A stretch of 64,000 bases of DNA from Oscillospiraceae bacterium (GCA_017545185.1 JAFWQJ010000084.1:13305-77304), one strand, 5' to 3'. Shown: positions 26,225-35,751, numbered from the stretch's first letter. A program made the numbers and translations. The notes: generated by a model not told the origin, from the sequence alone.

Positions 26225-27796
26225 TTATTTCTTCTTTTTCTTTCCGTCGCTGCTGCTTTCAGTCTGCGCGGTCTCAGTCTCTGCCTCTGCAGTTTCCTCT
26301 GCCGGTGCTGCACCGGACTCATCCTTTCCCGCCGCAATACCGAGCGCTGCGTTTCTTCTGGCGGTTTCTTCCTTGAGCGCCTCAAAGAGCACAACGATCA
26401 TATATGCAACGAACAGCAGGGCTTCCAGACCGAATGCCGGGATGATCGCCTTGGAGATGCCGCTTCTGATCGAGGTGCTGATATCGGCAGTTGCCGGAAC
26501 CAGAACCTTGTAGCCGTTCGCGAGCGACACATTCTGATAGTAGTCATCCGCCGTATCGTTGACGGTCTGCACCAGCTCCCTGACCTTTTCATCGACGCGT
26601 GCAAGGTCTGCTTCGATCTTCTTGACCTTGTCGGTGCTGCCGACGGTCGCCTTGCGCAGCGTGGTCAGGCGCTCCTTGTAGTAGTCGATCTGCTGCTTGG
26701 TCTCGGAGAGTGCGTTCTGTGCGGAGATCCGGCGGTTGATGAGCTTGTCGTACTCATCGGACGCGATCGTGGACTCCGTATTCGCGATGCTGTCACTGAA
26801 GATGATGACCTGATCCTTTTCGTAGCTGTCGAATGCCGCATTGACGGCTGCGAGCGTTTCCTCGTCCGTTTTCTGCTGGCGCTCCAGATTCTCGATGCGG
26901 AACTCGTAGTATGCCTGCAGGCGGTCCTTGTCCTTCGTGATGTTGTTGAGGTTCAGGTAAGAGGAGATCAGATCGAGGTCGAGATCCTTGATCGCGTTGA
27001 TGTTGGACTTCAGATCCGCGAAGGTCAGGCCGGTCTTGGTCGAGCGGAATCTGGTGGTATCGTCATTGGAGAGGCTGGAAACGTAGCGGCTCAGGGAGTT
27101 GAGCGAGGTGCGGAACATATCAACGGCTTCCGCATAATCGTACTCGGAGTAATCCATCGAGTTGAGCACATTGCCCAGCGCCTCATTGTAGCCGTACTGC
27201 TCAAAATAGAAGGAGCGGTAGGAATCGAGGATCGCATTGACGAGCTGCACAGCCTCCGAACGGGAGATCTTTGCATCCTTATAATTGAAAATGACCTTGT
27301 ACTGCGTCGGATGCCAGCTCAGATCCAGCATTGCATTCGCCGCAGCCAGCTGACCGGTGGACATGGTATCCAGAATATTCCGGTAGGTCGTCAGACGATC
27401 GTAGACATCCTCCGGAACAACGCCTTCGATCTCGATATCGCGGCGGACGGTTTCCAGCAGCTCCGGATCCATATCGCAGGTCTTCAGCGCACGGTCGAGC
27501 ACGAGCGGGTTCTTCATACTGTTGGCATCAAAGACCGATCCGTCGGGGTTTCTGCCCTTTTCGATGCCGCTGTGCGTAAAGCTGACCAGCGCGCGCACCG
27601 GCGTGGACGATGTGGTGCTGAAAAACACGCTGACACCGCCGATCAGGCCGCCGACGATCACAGACGTCAGGAACCAGACGAGGAAATACTTTTTCAGCTT
27701 GCGGAAGATCGCTGCGATCGAGACAACGACCATTTCACTGTGCTGCTCCTCATTTTTCACAATCAGATTTACGTTTTTGGTATTCTGATCTGCCAT
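26225..27796 (-). CDS. Wzz/PCP-like polysaccharide chain-length-determinant-type membrane protein
   Basis: N-terminal TM (YFLVWFLTSVIVGGLIGGVSVFF), a long coiled-coil-like periplasmic-type region, a C-terminal TM, and an acidic then Lys-rich tail. RBS GGAGG. Confidence 0.5.
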   Translation of the reverse strand: MADQNTKNVNLIVKNEEQHSEMVVVSIAAIFRKLKKYFLVWFLTSVIVGGLIGGVSVFFSTTSSTPVRALVSFTHSGIEKGRNPDGSVFDANSMKNPLVLDRALKTCDMDPELLETVRRDIEIEGVVPEDVYDRLTTYRNILDTMSTGQLAAANAMLDLSWHPTQYKVIFNYKDAKISRSEAVQLVNAILDSYRSFYFEQYGYNEALGNVLNSMDYSEYDYAEAVDMFRTSLNSLSRYVSSLSNDDTTRFRSTKTGLTFADLKSNINAIKDLDLDLISSYLNLNNITKDKDRLQAYYEFRIENLERQQKTDEETLAAVNAAFDSYEKDQVIIFSDSIANTESTIASDEYDKLINRRISAQNALSETKQQIDYYKERLTTLRKATVGSTDKVKKIEADLARVDEKVRELVQTVNDTADDYYQNVSLANGYKVLVPATADISTSIRSGISKAIIPAFGLEALLFVAYMIVVLFEALKEETARRNAALGIAAGKDESGAAPAEETAEAETETAQTESSSDGKKKKK

Positions 27797-27855
27797 TTGG
27801 AAGCCTCCGTTTCATTTGACATCAACGCCCGTTTTTTCGGGCATGTACGTAAGTT

Positions 27856-27884
27856 AGTATATCATAATTCACGGTATGATGCAA
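27856..27884 (-). promoter_or_regulatory. sigma-70-type promoter for the Wzz-like gene
   Basis: On the minus strand: TTGCAT, 17-nt spacer, TATACT. Confidence 0.5.
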
Positions 27885-28039
27885 GTGGAAACATCAGGCA
27901 ATGCGAAATTTCTGCCTTTTGCACAAATCTGCATAAGCATCCGCGGATATATCAGCGATTTTTATAGCCCCGTTGCCGCAAACTGCCGCAAACGCGTGCA
28001 GAACGCCGTACAGATTTTGTCATTTTTTCTGCATTTCAC

Positions 28040-28068
28040 TTGACATTGCAGCTGAAATATGGTATGAT
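28040..28068 (+). promoter_or_regulatory. sigma-70-type promoter
   Basis: TTGACA, 17-nt spacer, TGG-TATGAT. Confidence 0.55.
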
Positions 28069-28137
28069 ATACTAAATAGGAATTTGCTTTTTGCAGACAG
28101 AAATAACAAAAAGCGTTCATGCAGGGAGGCTATACAA

Positions 28138-29013
28138 ATGTTTATCAAGGATGAAGTCAAGCATCAGGAGCTGAAAGCAAAGGGACAGGAGCTGGAGCAT
28201 CTGCTTCAGAGCACCGAGCATTCCGAGCAGGACAAGCAGCAGAAGCTCATGGAATATCTGAACCTGCTGTACGCTGAACGTGCGTCCGATCTCGGCGTCA
28301 TTTTTACGGAGCGGATGCTGGAACGCGTGGCTGCGGCCTTTGAAGCGCATCCGACTGCCGATCTTGCGGTCGATCAGCTCTATACATGCCTGCTGCTGCA
28401 GCAGTTCCATTCCATGCAGTTCGATGCGTGGCGGTCGCATCCGGCGATCGAAAACTGCCGCCGCGCCCTGAATATGCTCGAAGCAGAGGCACGCTGGTCG
28501 GACTGCCTGCGCTACTGCCAGGATACCGCAAACACCTATGCCGAGGCGCATTTCTGGCCGGAGGCACTGGACTATGCCCGCCATGCGCACAAGAGCGTCA
28601 AGGAACTCCTGAAAAAGGACGTCAAGGTGCTCGAAAACGGCGAGCTGCTCGATATGGAGGATACCGTATTTTCGATCCTGACCTGTGCGCTGAACACCGC
28701 GGACGGCGTCACGGAGGAACTGGCAAAGGAGCTGCAGGAGGATCTCGGCACGGAGCATTATGCGGAAGTGCTCTCTGAGGTGCAGGAGGCCAAGGATGAG
28801 GAGCCTGTCTGCGACCCCGTGGAACTGACGCCCGAATATCTGGCGATCCGCTATGAGCTGGAGGAAAAGATCGACGACGCGCTGGAGCATGAGCGCGGTT
28901 ATTATGACTACTGCAAGGAATACTGGATGGCAAAGCGCATGATCCTGCGCAGCGACTACGGCATCCGCTGGAAGTCCCCTGCCGCCCTGAATCCGAATGA
29001 GGAATTCCACTGA
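28138..29013 (+). CDS. hypothetical acidic helical protein
   Basis: ATG 28138 follows GCAGGGAGG. 291 aa. The upstream part of track ORF 27973..29013 covers the promoter and is rejected. Confidence 0.6.
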   Translation: MFIKDEVKHQELKAKGQELEHLLQSTEHSEQDKQQKLMEYLNLLYAERASDLGVIFTERMLERVAAAFEAHPTADLAVDQLYTCLLLQQFHSMQFDAWRSHPAIENCRRALNMLEAEARWSDCLRYCQDTANTYAEAHFWPEALDYARHAHKSVKELLKKDVKVLENGELLDMEDTVFSILTCALNTADGVTEELAKELQEDLGTEHYAEVLSEVQEAKDEEPVCDPVELTPEYLAIRYELEEKIDDALEHERGYYDYCKEYWMAKRMILRSDYGIRWKSPAALNPNEEFH

Positions 29014-29055
29014 TCTGTCAGACGGAGCGAACGGACATTTTTTCCGCAAAACCGC

Positions 29056-29084
29056 TTGACAAAGACCGGGAAACATGCTATAAT
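29056..29084 (+). promoter_or_regulatory. perfect-consensus sigma-70 promoter of the T-box leader
   Basis: TTGACA, 17-nt spacer, TATAAT. Confidence 0.65.
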
Positions 29085-29090
29085 GCAGAC

Positions 29091-29354
29091 AGAAACCGTT
29101 GAAGCGGAGAGAAACAGTGAGAATCGTACCCCACAGAGAGTCCGGGAGGCTGAGAACCGGGCGGAATCCGGCTCACTGAATGGCCCGCTGAGGGCGCAGT
29201 CAAAGCTGCGACGTCCGGCACGCGTCAGAGGCCGGGGATATAGAGAGTATCCCGCAAAGTGCACCGCGTCCGCATACGGACGGGTGAATCAAGGTGGCAC
29301 CGCGAGCACCGCTCGTCCTTGACAGTCTGAAAGCGTCAGGGACGGGCGTTTTTG
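29091..29354 (+). promoter_or_regulatory. T-box riboswitch leader, probable Trp (UGG) specifier
   Basis: Stem I motifs AGAGAGTCCGGGAGGCTGAGAACCGGG. Specifier loop GAA-UGG-C (UGG at 29181-29183) lies between helices CAGTGAG/CTCACTG and GCGG/CCGC. Conserved T-box AATCAAGGTGGCACCGCG at 29287-29304. Terminator GCTCGTCCTTGAC…GTCAGGGACGGGC followed by GTTTTT at 29311-29354. Confidence 0.85.
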
Positions 29355-29410
29355 TTTGTCCTCTGACATCCGCCGCCGTTTATTTTTTAAGATGAAAAGG
29401 AGTGTTCACA

Positions 29411-30784
29411 ATGGCAAGCAAGGAAATCCCGTACAAGATCTATCTGGAAGAAGACGAAATGCCGAAGGCGTGGTACAATCTCCGCGCAGACATGAAGGTC
29501 AAGCCCGCACCGCTGCTCAATCCGCAGACCCACGAACCGGCAACACTCGATATGCTTTCGCAGGTGTTCTGCCGCGAGCTCGCAGAGCAGGAGCTGAACG
29601 TCACCGATCCGTACATCGAGATCCCGGAGGAGATCCGCAGCTTCTACAAGATGTACCGTCCGTCCCCGCTGGTGCGTGCATACTGCCTCGAGAAGAAGCT
29701 CGGCACCCCGGCAAAGATCTACTACAAGTTCGAGGGCAACAACACCTCGGGCAGCCATAAGCTCAATTCCGCGATCGCACAGGCCTACTACGCAAAGAAG
29801 CAGGGCCTGAAGGGCGTCACGACCGAGACTGGTGCAGGCCAGTGGGGCACCGCGCTTTCCATGGCATGCTCCTACTTCGATCTGGACTGCCGCGTGTTCA
29901 TGGTCAAGGTCAGCTATGAGCAGAAGCCGTTCCGCCGCGAGGTCATGCGCACCTACGGCGCATCCGTGACGCCGTCTCCGTCCGAGACGACCGAGATCGG
30001 CAGAAAGATCCTCGCGGAGCATCCGGGAACCGGCGGAAGCCTCGGCTGTGCCGTTTCCGAAGCGACCGAAGCAGCGCTGACCCATGAGGGCTACCGCTAT
30101 GTGCTCGGCTCCGTGCTGAATCAGGTGCTGCTGCATCAGACCGTCATCGGCCTGGAAACGCAGACCGCACTCAAGAAGTACGGCATCAAGCCGGATGTCC
30201 TCATCGGCTGTGCAGGCGGCGGCTCCAACCTCGGCGGCCTGATCTCCCCGTTCGTCGGCGAGAAGCTCCGCGGCGAGGCTGACTATAAGTTCATCGCGGT
30301 CGAGCCGGCATCCTGCCCGTCCCTGACCCGCGGCAAATATGCCTATGACTATGCTGATACCGGACGCATCTGCCCGCTGGCCAAGATGTACACCCTCGGC
30401 GCAGACTACATCCCGGCACCGAACCACGCAGGCGGCCTGCGCTATCACGGCATGAACACCGTGCTCTCCGAGCTGCACGATCAGGGCATCCTCGATGCAG
30501 TTTCCTACAAGCAGACCGAGGTCTTTGCGGCAGCAGAGCAGTTCGCCCGCATCGAGGGCATTCTCCCGGCACCGGAAAGCTCCCACGCGATCAAGGCTGC
30601 GATCGACGAGGCGCTCCGCTGCAAGGAGTCCGGCGAGGAAAAGACCATCGTGTTCGGTCTGACCGGCACCGGCTACTTTGATCTCGCAGGCTATGCAAAG
30701 TACAATGACGGCGCACTCGAGAACTACATCCCGACCGACGAGGAGCTGGAAGCATCCTTCGCAAAGCTGCCGAAGCTGGACTGA
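29411..30784 (+). CDS. trpB: TrpB2-type tryptophan synthase beta-like PLP enzyme
   Basis: …GNNTSGSHKLNSA… (PLP lysine), …GAGQWGTAL…, …GCAGGGSNLGG… ATG 29411 lies 8 nt after AAGGAG. No trpA is adjacent. Confidence 0.85.
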   Translation: MASKEIPYKIYLEEDEMPKAWYNLRADMKVKPAPLLNPQTHEPATLDMLSQVFCRELAEQELNVTDPYIEIPEEIRSFYKMYRPSPLVRAYCLEKKLGTPAKIYYKFEGNNTSGSHKLNSAIAQAYYAKKQGLKGVTTETGAGQWGTALSMACSYFDLDCRVFMVKVSYEQKPFRREVMRTYGASVTPSPSETTEIGRKILAEHPGTGGSLGCAVSEATEAALTHEGYRYVLGSVLNQVLLHQTVIGLETQTALKKYGIKPDVLIGCAGGGSNLGGLISPFVGEKLRGEADYKFIAVEPASCPSLTRGKYAYDYADTGRICPLAKMYTLGADYIPAPNHAGGLRYHGMNTVLSELHDQGILDAVSYKQTEVFAAAEQFARIEGILPAPESSHAIKAAIDEALRCKESGEEKTIVFGLTGTGYFDLAGYAKYNDGALENYIPTDEELEASFAKLPKLD

Positions 30785-30807
30785 GCTTTCCTTGAAAGGA
30801 CGACATT

Positions 30808-31380
30808 ATGCTGACACATACCGGCACGCAGACCATTGAGACGGAACGGCTGATCCTGCGCAGATTTCAGTATACCGACGATGACGCGATGCTGAAATAC
30901 TGGGCCGCGGATGAGAAGATCCAGTCGCTTTATTCTGAGCCGGTCTATCCGACGAAGGAAGCGGTCAGAGGTCTGCTCGACAAGTATATCGGCTCCTACG
31001 AGCGCGAGGATTATTACCGCTGGGCGGTCATTGAGAAGGAATGCGGCGAATGCATCGGGCAGATCGCGTATTTCCTGGTCGATAACAAGAACCGGTTTGC
31101 CGAGATCGAATACTGCATCGGTTCTGATTTCCAGTGCCGCGGCTATGCGACCGAGGCGACGAAAGCGGTCATCGCATTCGGGTTCGATACGATGAATCTG
31201 CATAAGGTACAGATCTGCACCAAGACGATCAACAAGCCGTCCAAGCGCGTGATCGAAAAATGCGGCTTTACCTACGAGGGGACGCTGCGCGATTACTTCT
31301 TCATGGACGGCGAATACGTCGGCAGACTGTATTTCTCGATCCTGCGGAGCGAATATGAAGCCGGTCTTGCCGGACGATAA
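30808..31380 (+). CDS. GNAT N-acetyltransferase (RimJ/RimL-like)
   Basis: …TERLILRRF…, …FQCRGYATEATKAVIAFGF…. Confidence 0.8.
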   Translation: MLTHTGTQTIETERLILRRFQYTDDDAMLKYWAADEKIQSLYSEPVYPTKEAVRGLLDKYIGSYEREDYYRWAVIEKECGECIGQIAYFLVDNKNRFAEIEYCIGSDFQCRGYATEATKAVIAFGFDTMNLHKVQICTKTINKPSKRVIEKCGFTYEGTLRDYFFMDGEYVGRLYFSILRSEYEAGLAGR

Positions 31381-31441
31381 CAACAAACGGGCAGTACGGG
31401 CACAGACCTGTACTGCCCGCTGCTTTCGGGAGGTGAAGCGC

Positions 31442-31912
31442 ATGATCGAAAGAGCGGAACTGCACGATCTGCCGGAGATCCTGCAGCTGCAGTATCTGGC
31501 CTATCAGAGTGAGGCGGCGCTGTTCGGCAGTCAGGATATCCCGCCGCTGAAACAGACGCTTGACGAGGTCATCGCAGAGTATCAGAGTGGCATCATCCTG
31601 AAAATGACCGAGGGCGGCCGGATCATCGGCTCCGTCCGTGCATGGGAGCAGGACGGCACGGTGCAGATCGGCAAGCTCATGGTACATCCGGATTATCAGC
31701 GCCGCGGATACGGCTCGCAGCTCCTTGCGGAGATCGAGCGGCAGTTTCCCGGAAAGCGTTATGAGCTCTTCACCAGCACCAGAAGCACCGATAATCTCCG
31801 GCTGTATCAGAAGCGCGGGTATACCGAATTTGCCCGCAAGGTCATTGCCGGCGAACTGGAATTTGTTTATCTGGAAAAATTACTGCATCAAAACACAGGA
31901 GACATCACATGA
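31442..31912 (+). CDS. GNAT N-acetyltransferase
   Basis: …KLMVHPDYQRRGYGSQLLAEIE… ATG 31442 follows GGGAGGTG. The hairpin GGGCAGTAC…GTACTGCCC lies upstream. Confidence 0.8.
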   Translation: MIERAELHDLPEILQLQYLAYQSEAALFGSQDIPPLKQTLDEVIAEYQSGIILKMTEGGRIIGSVRAWEQDGTVQIGKLMVHPDYQRRGYGSQLLAEIERQFPGKRYELFTSTRSTDNLRLYQKRGYTEFARKVIAGELEFVYLEKLLHQNTGDIT

Positions 31913-32115
31913 AAAAAGATCTGCTGCTTCAGATTATGGCCGGGCTCGCCACGGTTGCGCTCGGCATTGCGACAACGATGTACGGCATCCGCTTCCTGCA
32001 GGATGAAACACAGGGCAATGTCCCGACCTGCATCATCCTGCTCCTCTGCTGTATGGCAGCGGTGCTCGTCTGCTTCCTGATCTGGAGGCATAACATGAAA
32101 AAGTATAAGAAGTAA
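31909..32115 (+). CDS. small two-TM membrane protein
   Basis: 68 aa with two hydrophobic helices and a Lys-rich tail. The start overlaps the GNAT stop (ATGA). Confidence 0.5.
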   Translation: MKKDLLLQIMAGLATVALGIATTMYGIRFLQDETQGNVPTCIILLLCCMAAVLVCFLIWRHNMKKYKK

Positions 32116-32140
32116 ACAGCCCGCAGACGGAGGTGAGATC

Positions 32141-33736
32141 ATGCTGCGGATCCCGAATATCCCGCTCCCGCTGGACTATACGGAAGAACTGCTCCGCGAA
32201 CAGGCTGCAAAGGCACTGCGCATCCGGCCGGAGGAGATCACCGCGCTGACGCTCGTGCGGCGGGCGGTCGATGCGCGGAAGCAGGTGCAGTTCATCGCAA
32301 CGGCAGACGTACAGCTGAAAAACGAAGCCGCCGTGCGGAAGCATCTGCCGAAAAATACGAATATTCAGCAGATACAGCCGTTTTGTATGCCGAAATACAG
32401 GGCGGTCACGCTGCCGGAGCGTCCCGTCGTGATCGGCGCAGGGCCTGCGGGTCTGTTCGCTGCATGGGTGCTCGCACAGGCCGGAGCGCGCCCGATTCTG
32501 CTCGAGCGCGGCAGACCGGTCGCGGAACGGCAGAAAGCGGTACAGCAATATTATACAACCGGAACGCTAGACCCCGAATGCAATGTGCAGTTCGGCGAGG
32601 GCGGCGCGGGGACGTTCTCGGACGGCAAGCTGAACACCGGCACGAAAGACCCGCGCATCCGGCAGGTGCTGCAGACCTTCGCGGACTGCGGTGCGCCGGT
32701 GGAAATTCTCTGGCAGGCAAAGCCGCATATCGGCACGGATAAGCTGGCGGTCTGCATTCCGGCGCTCCGCAGGCGCATCGAAGCTGCCGGCGGCACGGTG
32801 CTGTTCGGCACAAAATGCACCGGCATCACGGTCACGGACGGCAAAGTCACCGCGGTACAGTATGAGCAAGATCACACAAAAAATGAGCTGCGCACAGACC
32901 ACGCGATCCTCGCAGTCGGGCACAGTGCGCGGGACGTCTTTGCGTGGCTGCATCAGGCTGGTCTGCCGATGGCGCAGAAGCCGTTTTCGCTCGGCGTGCG
33001 CATTGAGCATAAGCAGGCGGACATCGACCGTTTCTGCTACGGCAAAGCCGCGGGACATCCGAGGCTCGGCGCGGCAAGCTATAAGGTCGCGGCGCATACG
33101 GCGGACGGCCGCGGCGTGTATTCATTCTGCATGTGTCCCGGCGGCACCGTGCAGGCGGCGGCATCCGAGCCGGAAACGGTCGTCACGAACGGCATGAGCT
33201 GCTTTGCCCGCGATGCGGAGAACGCGAACAGCGCGCTGCTGGTCGGGGTGAATCCCGCGGATTTCGGCTCGGACGATGTGCTGGCCGGCGTGGAGCTGCA
33301 GCGCCGGATCGAGCGCGCCGCATATCAGGCGGGCGGCTGTACCGGAAAGGCGCCGGTCACGCTGGTGGCGGATTTCCTGAAAGGGCAGCAGTCTGCAGCG
33401 TTCGGCAGCGTTGCGCCGAGCTATCCGCTTGGGACAGTCTTTGCAAGGCCGGAAAGCTGCCTGCCGGAATTCGTCTGCGCGGCGCTCCGGGAAGGCATCC
33501 CGCTGCTCCAACGGCAGCTGCACGGCTTTTTGCAGCCTGATGCGGTGCTGACCGCGCCGGAGACGCGGAGCTCCTCGCCGGTGCGCGTGCTGCGCGATCC
33601 GGAGACGCTCGAAGCGGTGACCGTCCGGGGGCTGTACCCCTGCGGCGAGGGCGCAGGCTATGCAGGCGGCATCGTCTCCGCCGCCGTAGACGGCATCCGC
33701 TGCGCGGAGGCGATTTGCGGTATCGCTTCGCGATGA
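32141..33736 (+). CDS. FAD-dependent oxidoreductase (COG2509-type)
   Basis: VVIGAGPAGLFAAWVLAQAG dinucleotide fold and …FGEGGAGTFSDGKLNTG… The last 5 codons plus stop lie inside repeat copy B. Confidence 0.8.
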   Translation: MLRIPNIPLPLDYTEELLREQAAKALRIRPEEITALTLVRRAVDARKQVQFIATADVQLKNEAAVRKHLPKNTNIQQIQPFCMPKYRAVTLPERPVVIGAGPAGLFAAWVLAQAGARPILLERGRPVAERQKAVQQYYTTGTLDPECNVQFGEGGAGTFSDGKLNTGTKDPRIRQVLQTFADCGAPVEILWQAKPHIGTDKLAVCIPALRRRIEAAGGTVLFGTKCTGITVTDGKVTAVQYEQDHTKNELRTDHAILAVGHSARDVFAWLHQAGLPMAQKPFSLGVRIEHKQADIDRFCYGKAAGHPRLGAASYKVAAHTADGRGVYSFCMCPGGTVQAAASEPETVVTNGMSCFARDAENANSALLVGVNPADFGSDDVLAGVELQRRIERAAYQAGGCTGKAPVTLVADFLKGQQSAAFGSVAPSYPLGTVFARPESCLPEFVCAALREGIPLLQRQLHGFLQPDAVLTAPETRSSSPVRVLRDPETLEAVTVRGLYPCGEGAGYAGGIVSAAVDGIRCAEAICGIASR

Positions 33737-33800
33737 TCTGAAATGGGGCTCCGCCCCAAACCCTGCCAAAGGGACAATGTCCCTTTGGAATCCCATTATG
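33717..33800. repeat. GC-rich palindromic repeat, copy B (overlaps the gene 3' end)
   Basis: ATCGC-TTC-GCGAT hairpin; GGGGCTCCGCCCC box; CCCTGCC; perfect palindrome CCAAAGGGACA-A-TGTCCCTTTGG. It shares modules with copies A and C. Confidence 0.75.
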
Positions 33801-33808
33801 AATAAACA

Positions 33809-33845
33809 AAAAGGACGCTGATGCAGGAATCAGCGTCCTTTTGTT
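33809..33845. terminator. bidirectional intrinsic terminator
   Basis: GGACGCTGA-TGCAGGAA-TCAGCGTCC flanked by an A-run and a T-run. Confidence 0.75.
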
Positions 33846-33985
33846 TATGATATCGTTCGGCTTTCGGCGGGCTTCAGCATTGGGCGAAGTTCCTTTTCAG
33901 AATCCGCGTCAGCGGTGTACTGCGAAAAATGGGAGAGCTTCGCTCCCTGTCTGCGGAGAGGAAAACACCCGCACGGGCTCCGTGC

Positions 33986-35134
33986 TCAGAACAGCGTCCG
34001 AAGTGCCTCTGCAAGCTCCGGCGTACAGCCATCGGTATAGACCGTGTTCTGCGCAGCATCCTGCGGCAGCAGTCCGGAAAGATCGCTGGTAAAGCGCGTC
34101 AGCAGGACTGCGGTGCCCTTGCTGTCAGCCGCCTCCACGGTCATTTCCCAGTAGGGCTCTTTGCGCTCCGCATCGTACAGCATCGGCGAACAGATCGCCC
34201 GCTCGATCCGGTACCGCTCCGTGAAAGCCAGAACGGATGCACTGACCCGATCACGGCAGGTCTCCGAAAACTGTTCCTTCAGTTCCGATTCCAGTGCAGG
34301 CTGATACGCAGCATCGGTGCGATCAGCCGTCAGTTTCCATATAAGCCATTCCTTCGGGCTGACGCCGTCCGGGAAGGAATACCAGCTGAGCGTTTTGCTG
34401 AATTCGCCCTGCTCAAGGTTCTGACGCGGCTCGTCCGCCGTATACTCATGGCAGACACACAGATAGCCGTTGTCAGCCTGCCGCAGGAACGCATACTCAA
34501 AATAGCGGTTATTGTCGTAGGTCACCTCTGCGGTCGTGAACACTGAATAGTGATGCTGCCGCGCATCCAGATAACCGTATTCTGAATACACACGGATCTT
34601 CTTCGGCTTTGCATCCCCGAGGTCTGCGCGGAAGCTCTCCGTCAGCTTTTTCTCCGCCTCGGAAAGCCGGTCTTCGACGAGCGCTAAATCCGAAAAGAAC
34701 ACGGTGTTGTACTGTTCCCATGAGATCATATCCGCACATTCCGAGAAATCGCCCTTTGCCATTTTGCCGATGATGCCCCGCACACGGAGCGATTCAAAGA
34801 CCGTTTCAAAGCTCTGGTGATCGTATCTCTTGTTGATCTGGCCCGCCGTCAGATAGCAAAGACCGGTCAGAAGCGCTGCCAGCAGGAGCAGCAGCAGCAC
34901 CGCCGCCAGACGGTTCCGGCGCAGCTTTTTGCCGACCTTCCGGAAGGTTCTTGCCTCATCCGGGACGGCGGCAGGCTCCGCTTCTTCCGGCAATGCCTCG
35001 TATAATTTCCGGCAGTGTTCGCAGGTCTCGATATGCGCCTCGACCGCCGCACGGGATTCCGGACTGCAAAGCGATTCTGCGCACAGTGGGATCAGATCCG
35101 CGATCATCGCGCAGGTATATTCATTCTGTTTCAT
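33986..35134 (-). CDS. zinc-finger (zf-HC2) anti-sigma factor with one TM and a ~280-aa extracellular domain
   Basis: …HIETCEHCRKLY… motif and TM LAAVLLLLLLAALLTGLCYL. The start overlaps the sigma stop (ATGA). Confidence 0.75.
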   Translation of the reverse strand: MKQNEYTCAMIADLIPLCAESLCSPESRAAVEAHIETCEHCRKLYEALPEEAEPAAVPDEARTFRKVGKKLRRNRLAAVLLLLLLAALLTGLCYLTAGQINKRYDHQSFETVFESLRVRGIIGKMAKGDFSECADMISWEQYNTVFFSDLALVEDRLSEAEKKLTESFRADLGDAKPKKIRVYSEYGYLDARQHHYSVFTTAEVTYDNNRYFEYAFLRQADNGYLCVCHEYTADEPRQNLEQGEFSKTLSWYSFPDGVSPKEWLIWKLTADRTDAAYQPALESELKEQFSETCRDRVSASVLAFTERYRIERAICSPMLYDAERKEPYWEMTVEAADSKGTAVLLTRFTSDLSGLLPQDAAQNTVYTDGCTPELAEALRTLF

Positions 35135-35637
35135 AACGCATCCTCCTGTTCCAGCATATCAATCAGGGTATGTTTTGCACGGTAAAAGGTCGTGCGTGCC
35201 CAGTTCTCGGTGTTCCCGAACACCTTGCCGATCTCCCGGAAGCTCAGCTCCGCAAAGACCCGCAGCGAGAAAACCTCCTTATAGGGCTCCTTCATGCGGT
35301 GCAGCAGCTGATGAATCTGCAGCGCCTGCGACTGATCGGCAAGCCGCTGCTCAAAGCTTCCGGCATCGGGGATCTCCCCGGCCGCATCCAGCGGCAGGTT
35401 GCGGGTTTCGGCACGTTTGCAGTGATCGTACCAGAGATTGCGCGCAATTGTGCAGAGCCATGTTTTGACGGCGCAGTCCCCGCGGAATTTGTCAGCGGAC
35501 GTAAACGCCTTCAGCATGGTATCCTGAAGCAGATCTGCCGCAAGCGTTTCATTCTGCGTGAGCCGCAGCAGATAGCGGTAAATATCCGCCGCATAAAGCC
35601 GGTAGATCTCGTCAAATTCCGGCTGCACATCTCTCAT
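35131..35637 (-). CDS. ECF-type RNA polymerase sigma factor
   Basis: 168 aa with region 2 (…IYRYLLRLTQNETLAADLLQDTMLKAF…) and region 4 (…FAELSFREIGKVFGNTENWARTTFYRAKHTL…). RBS AAAGGAGGTG. Confidence 0.85.
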   Translation of the reverse strand: MRDVQPEFDEIYRLYAADIYRYLLRLTQNETLAADLLQDTMLKAFTSADKFRGDCAVKTWLCTIARNLWYDHCKRAETRNLPLDAAGEIPDAGSFEQRLADQSQALQIHQLLHRMKEPYKEVFSLRVFAELSFREIGKVFGNTENWARTTFYRAKHTLIDMLEQEDAL

Positions 35638-35713
35638 ACGATCACCTCCTTTGTTTATTAGACGATACGGGAAACAGGTTCGTTACGGTTTTCCGGAAAA
35701 AAAATTCTCACAG

Positions 35714-35751
35714 AAACGGGCACCGACCGCACAGAGTCAGTGCCCGTTTTT
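35714..35751 (-). terminator. hairpin downstream of the dockerin-hydrolase gene
   Basis: AAACGGGCAC…GTGCCCGTTT. On the minus strand the U-run starts several nt after the stem, so efficiency is uncertain. Confidence 0.45.

Noticed and set aside
33122-33809. ORFs 33122..33796 and 33357..33809 (MGFQRDIVPLAGFGAEPHF…, …GIPKGHCPFGRVWGGAP…), and 63111..63302
   Set aside because: Their N-termini are literal translations of the palindromic repeat units, and the remainder is antisense to real genes.
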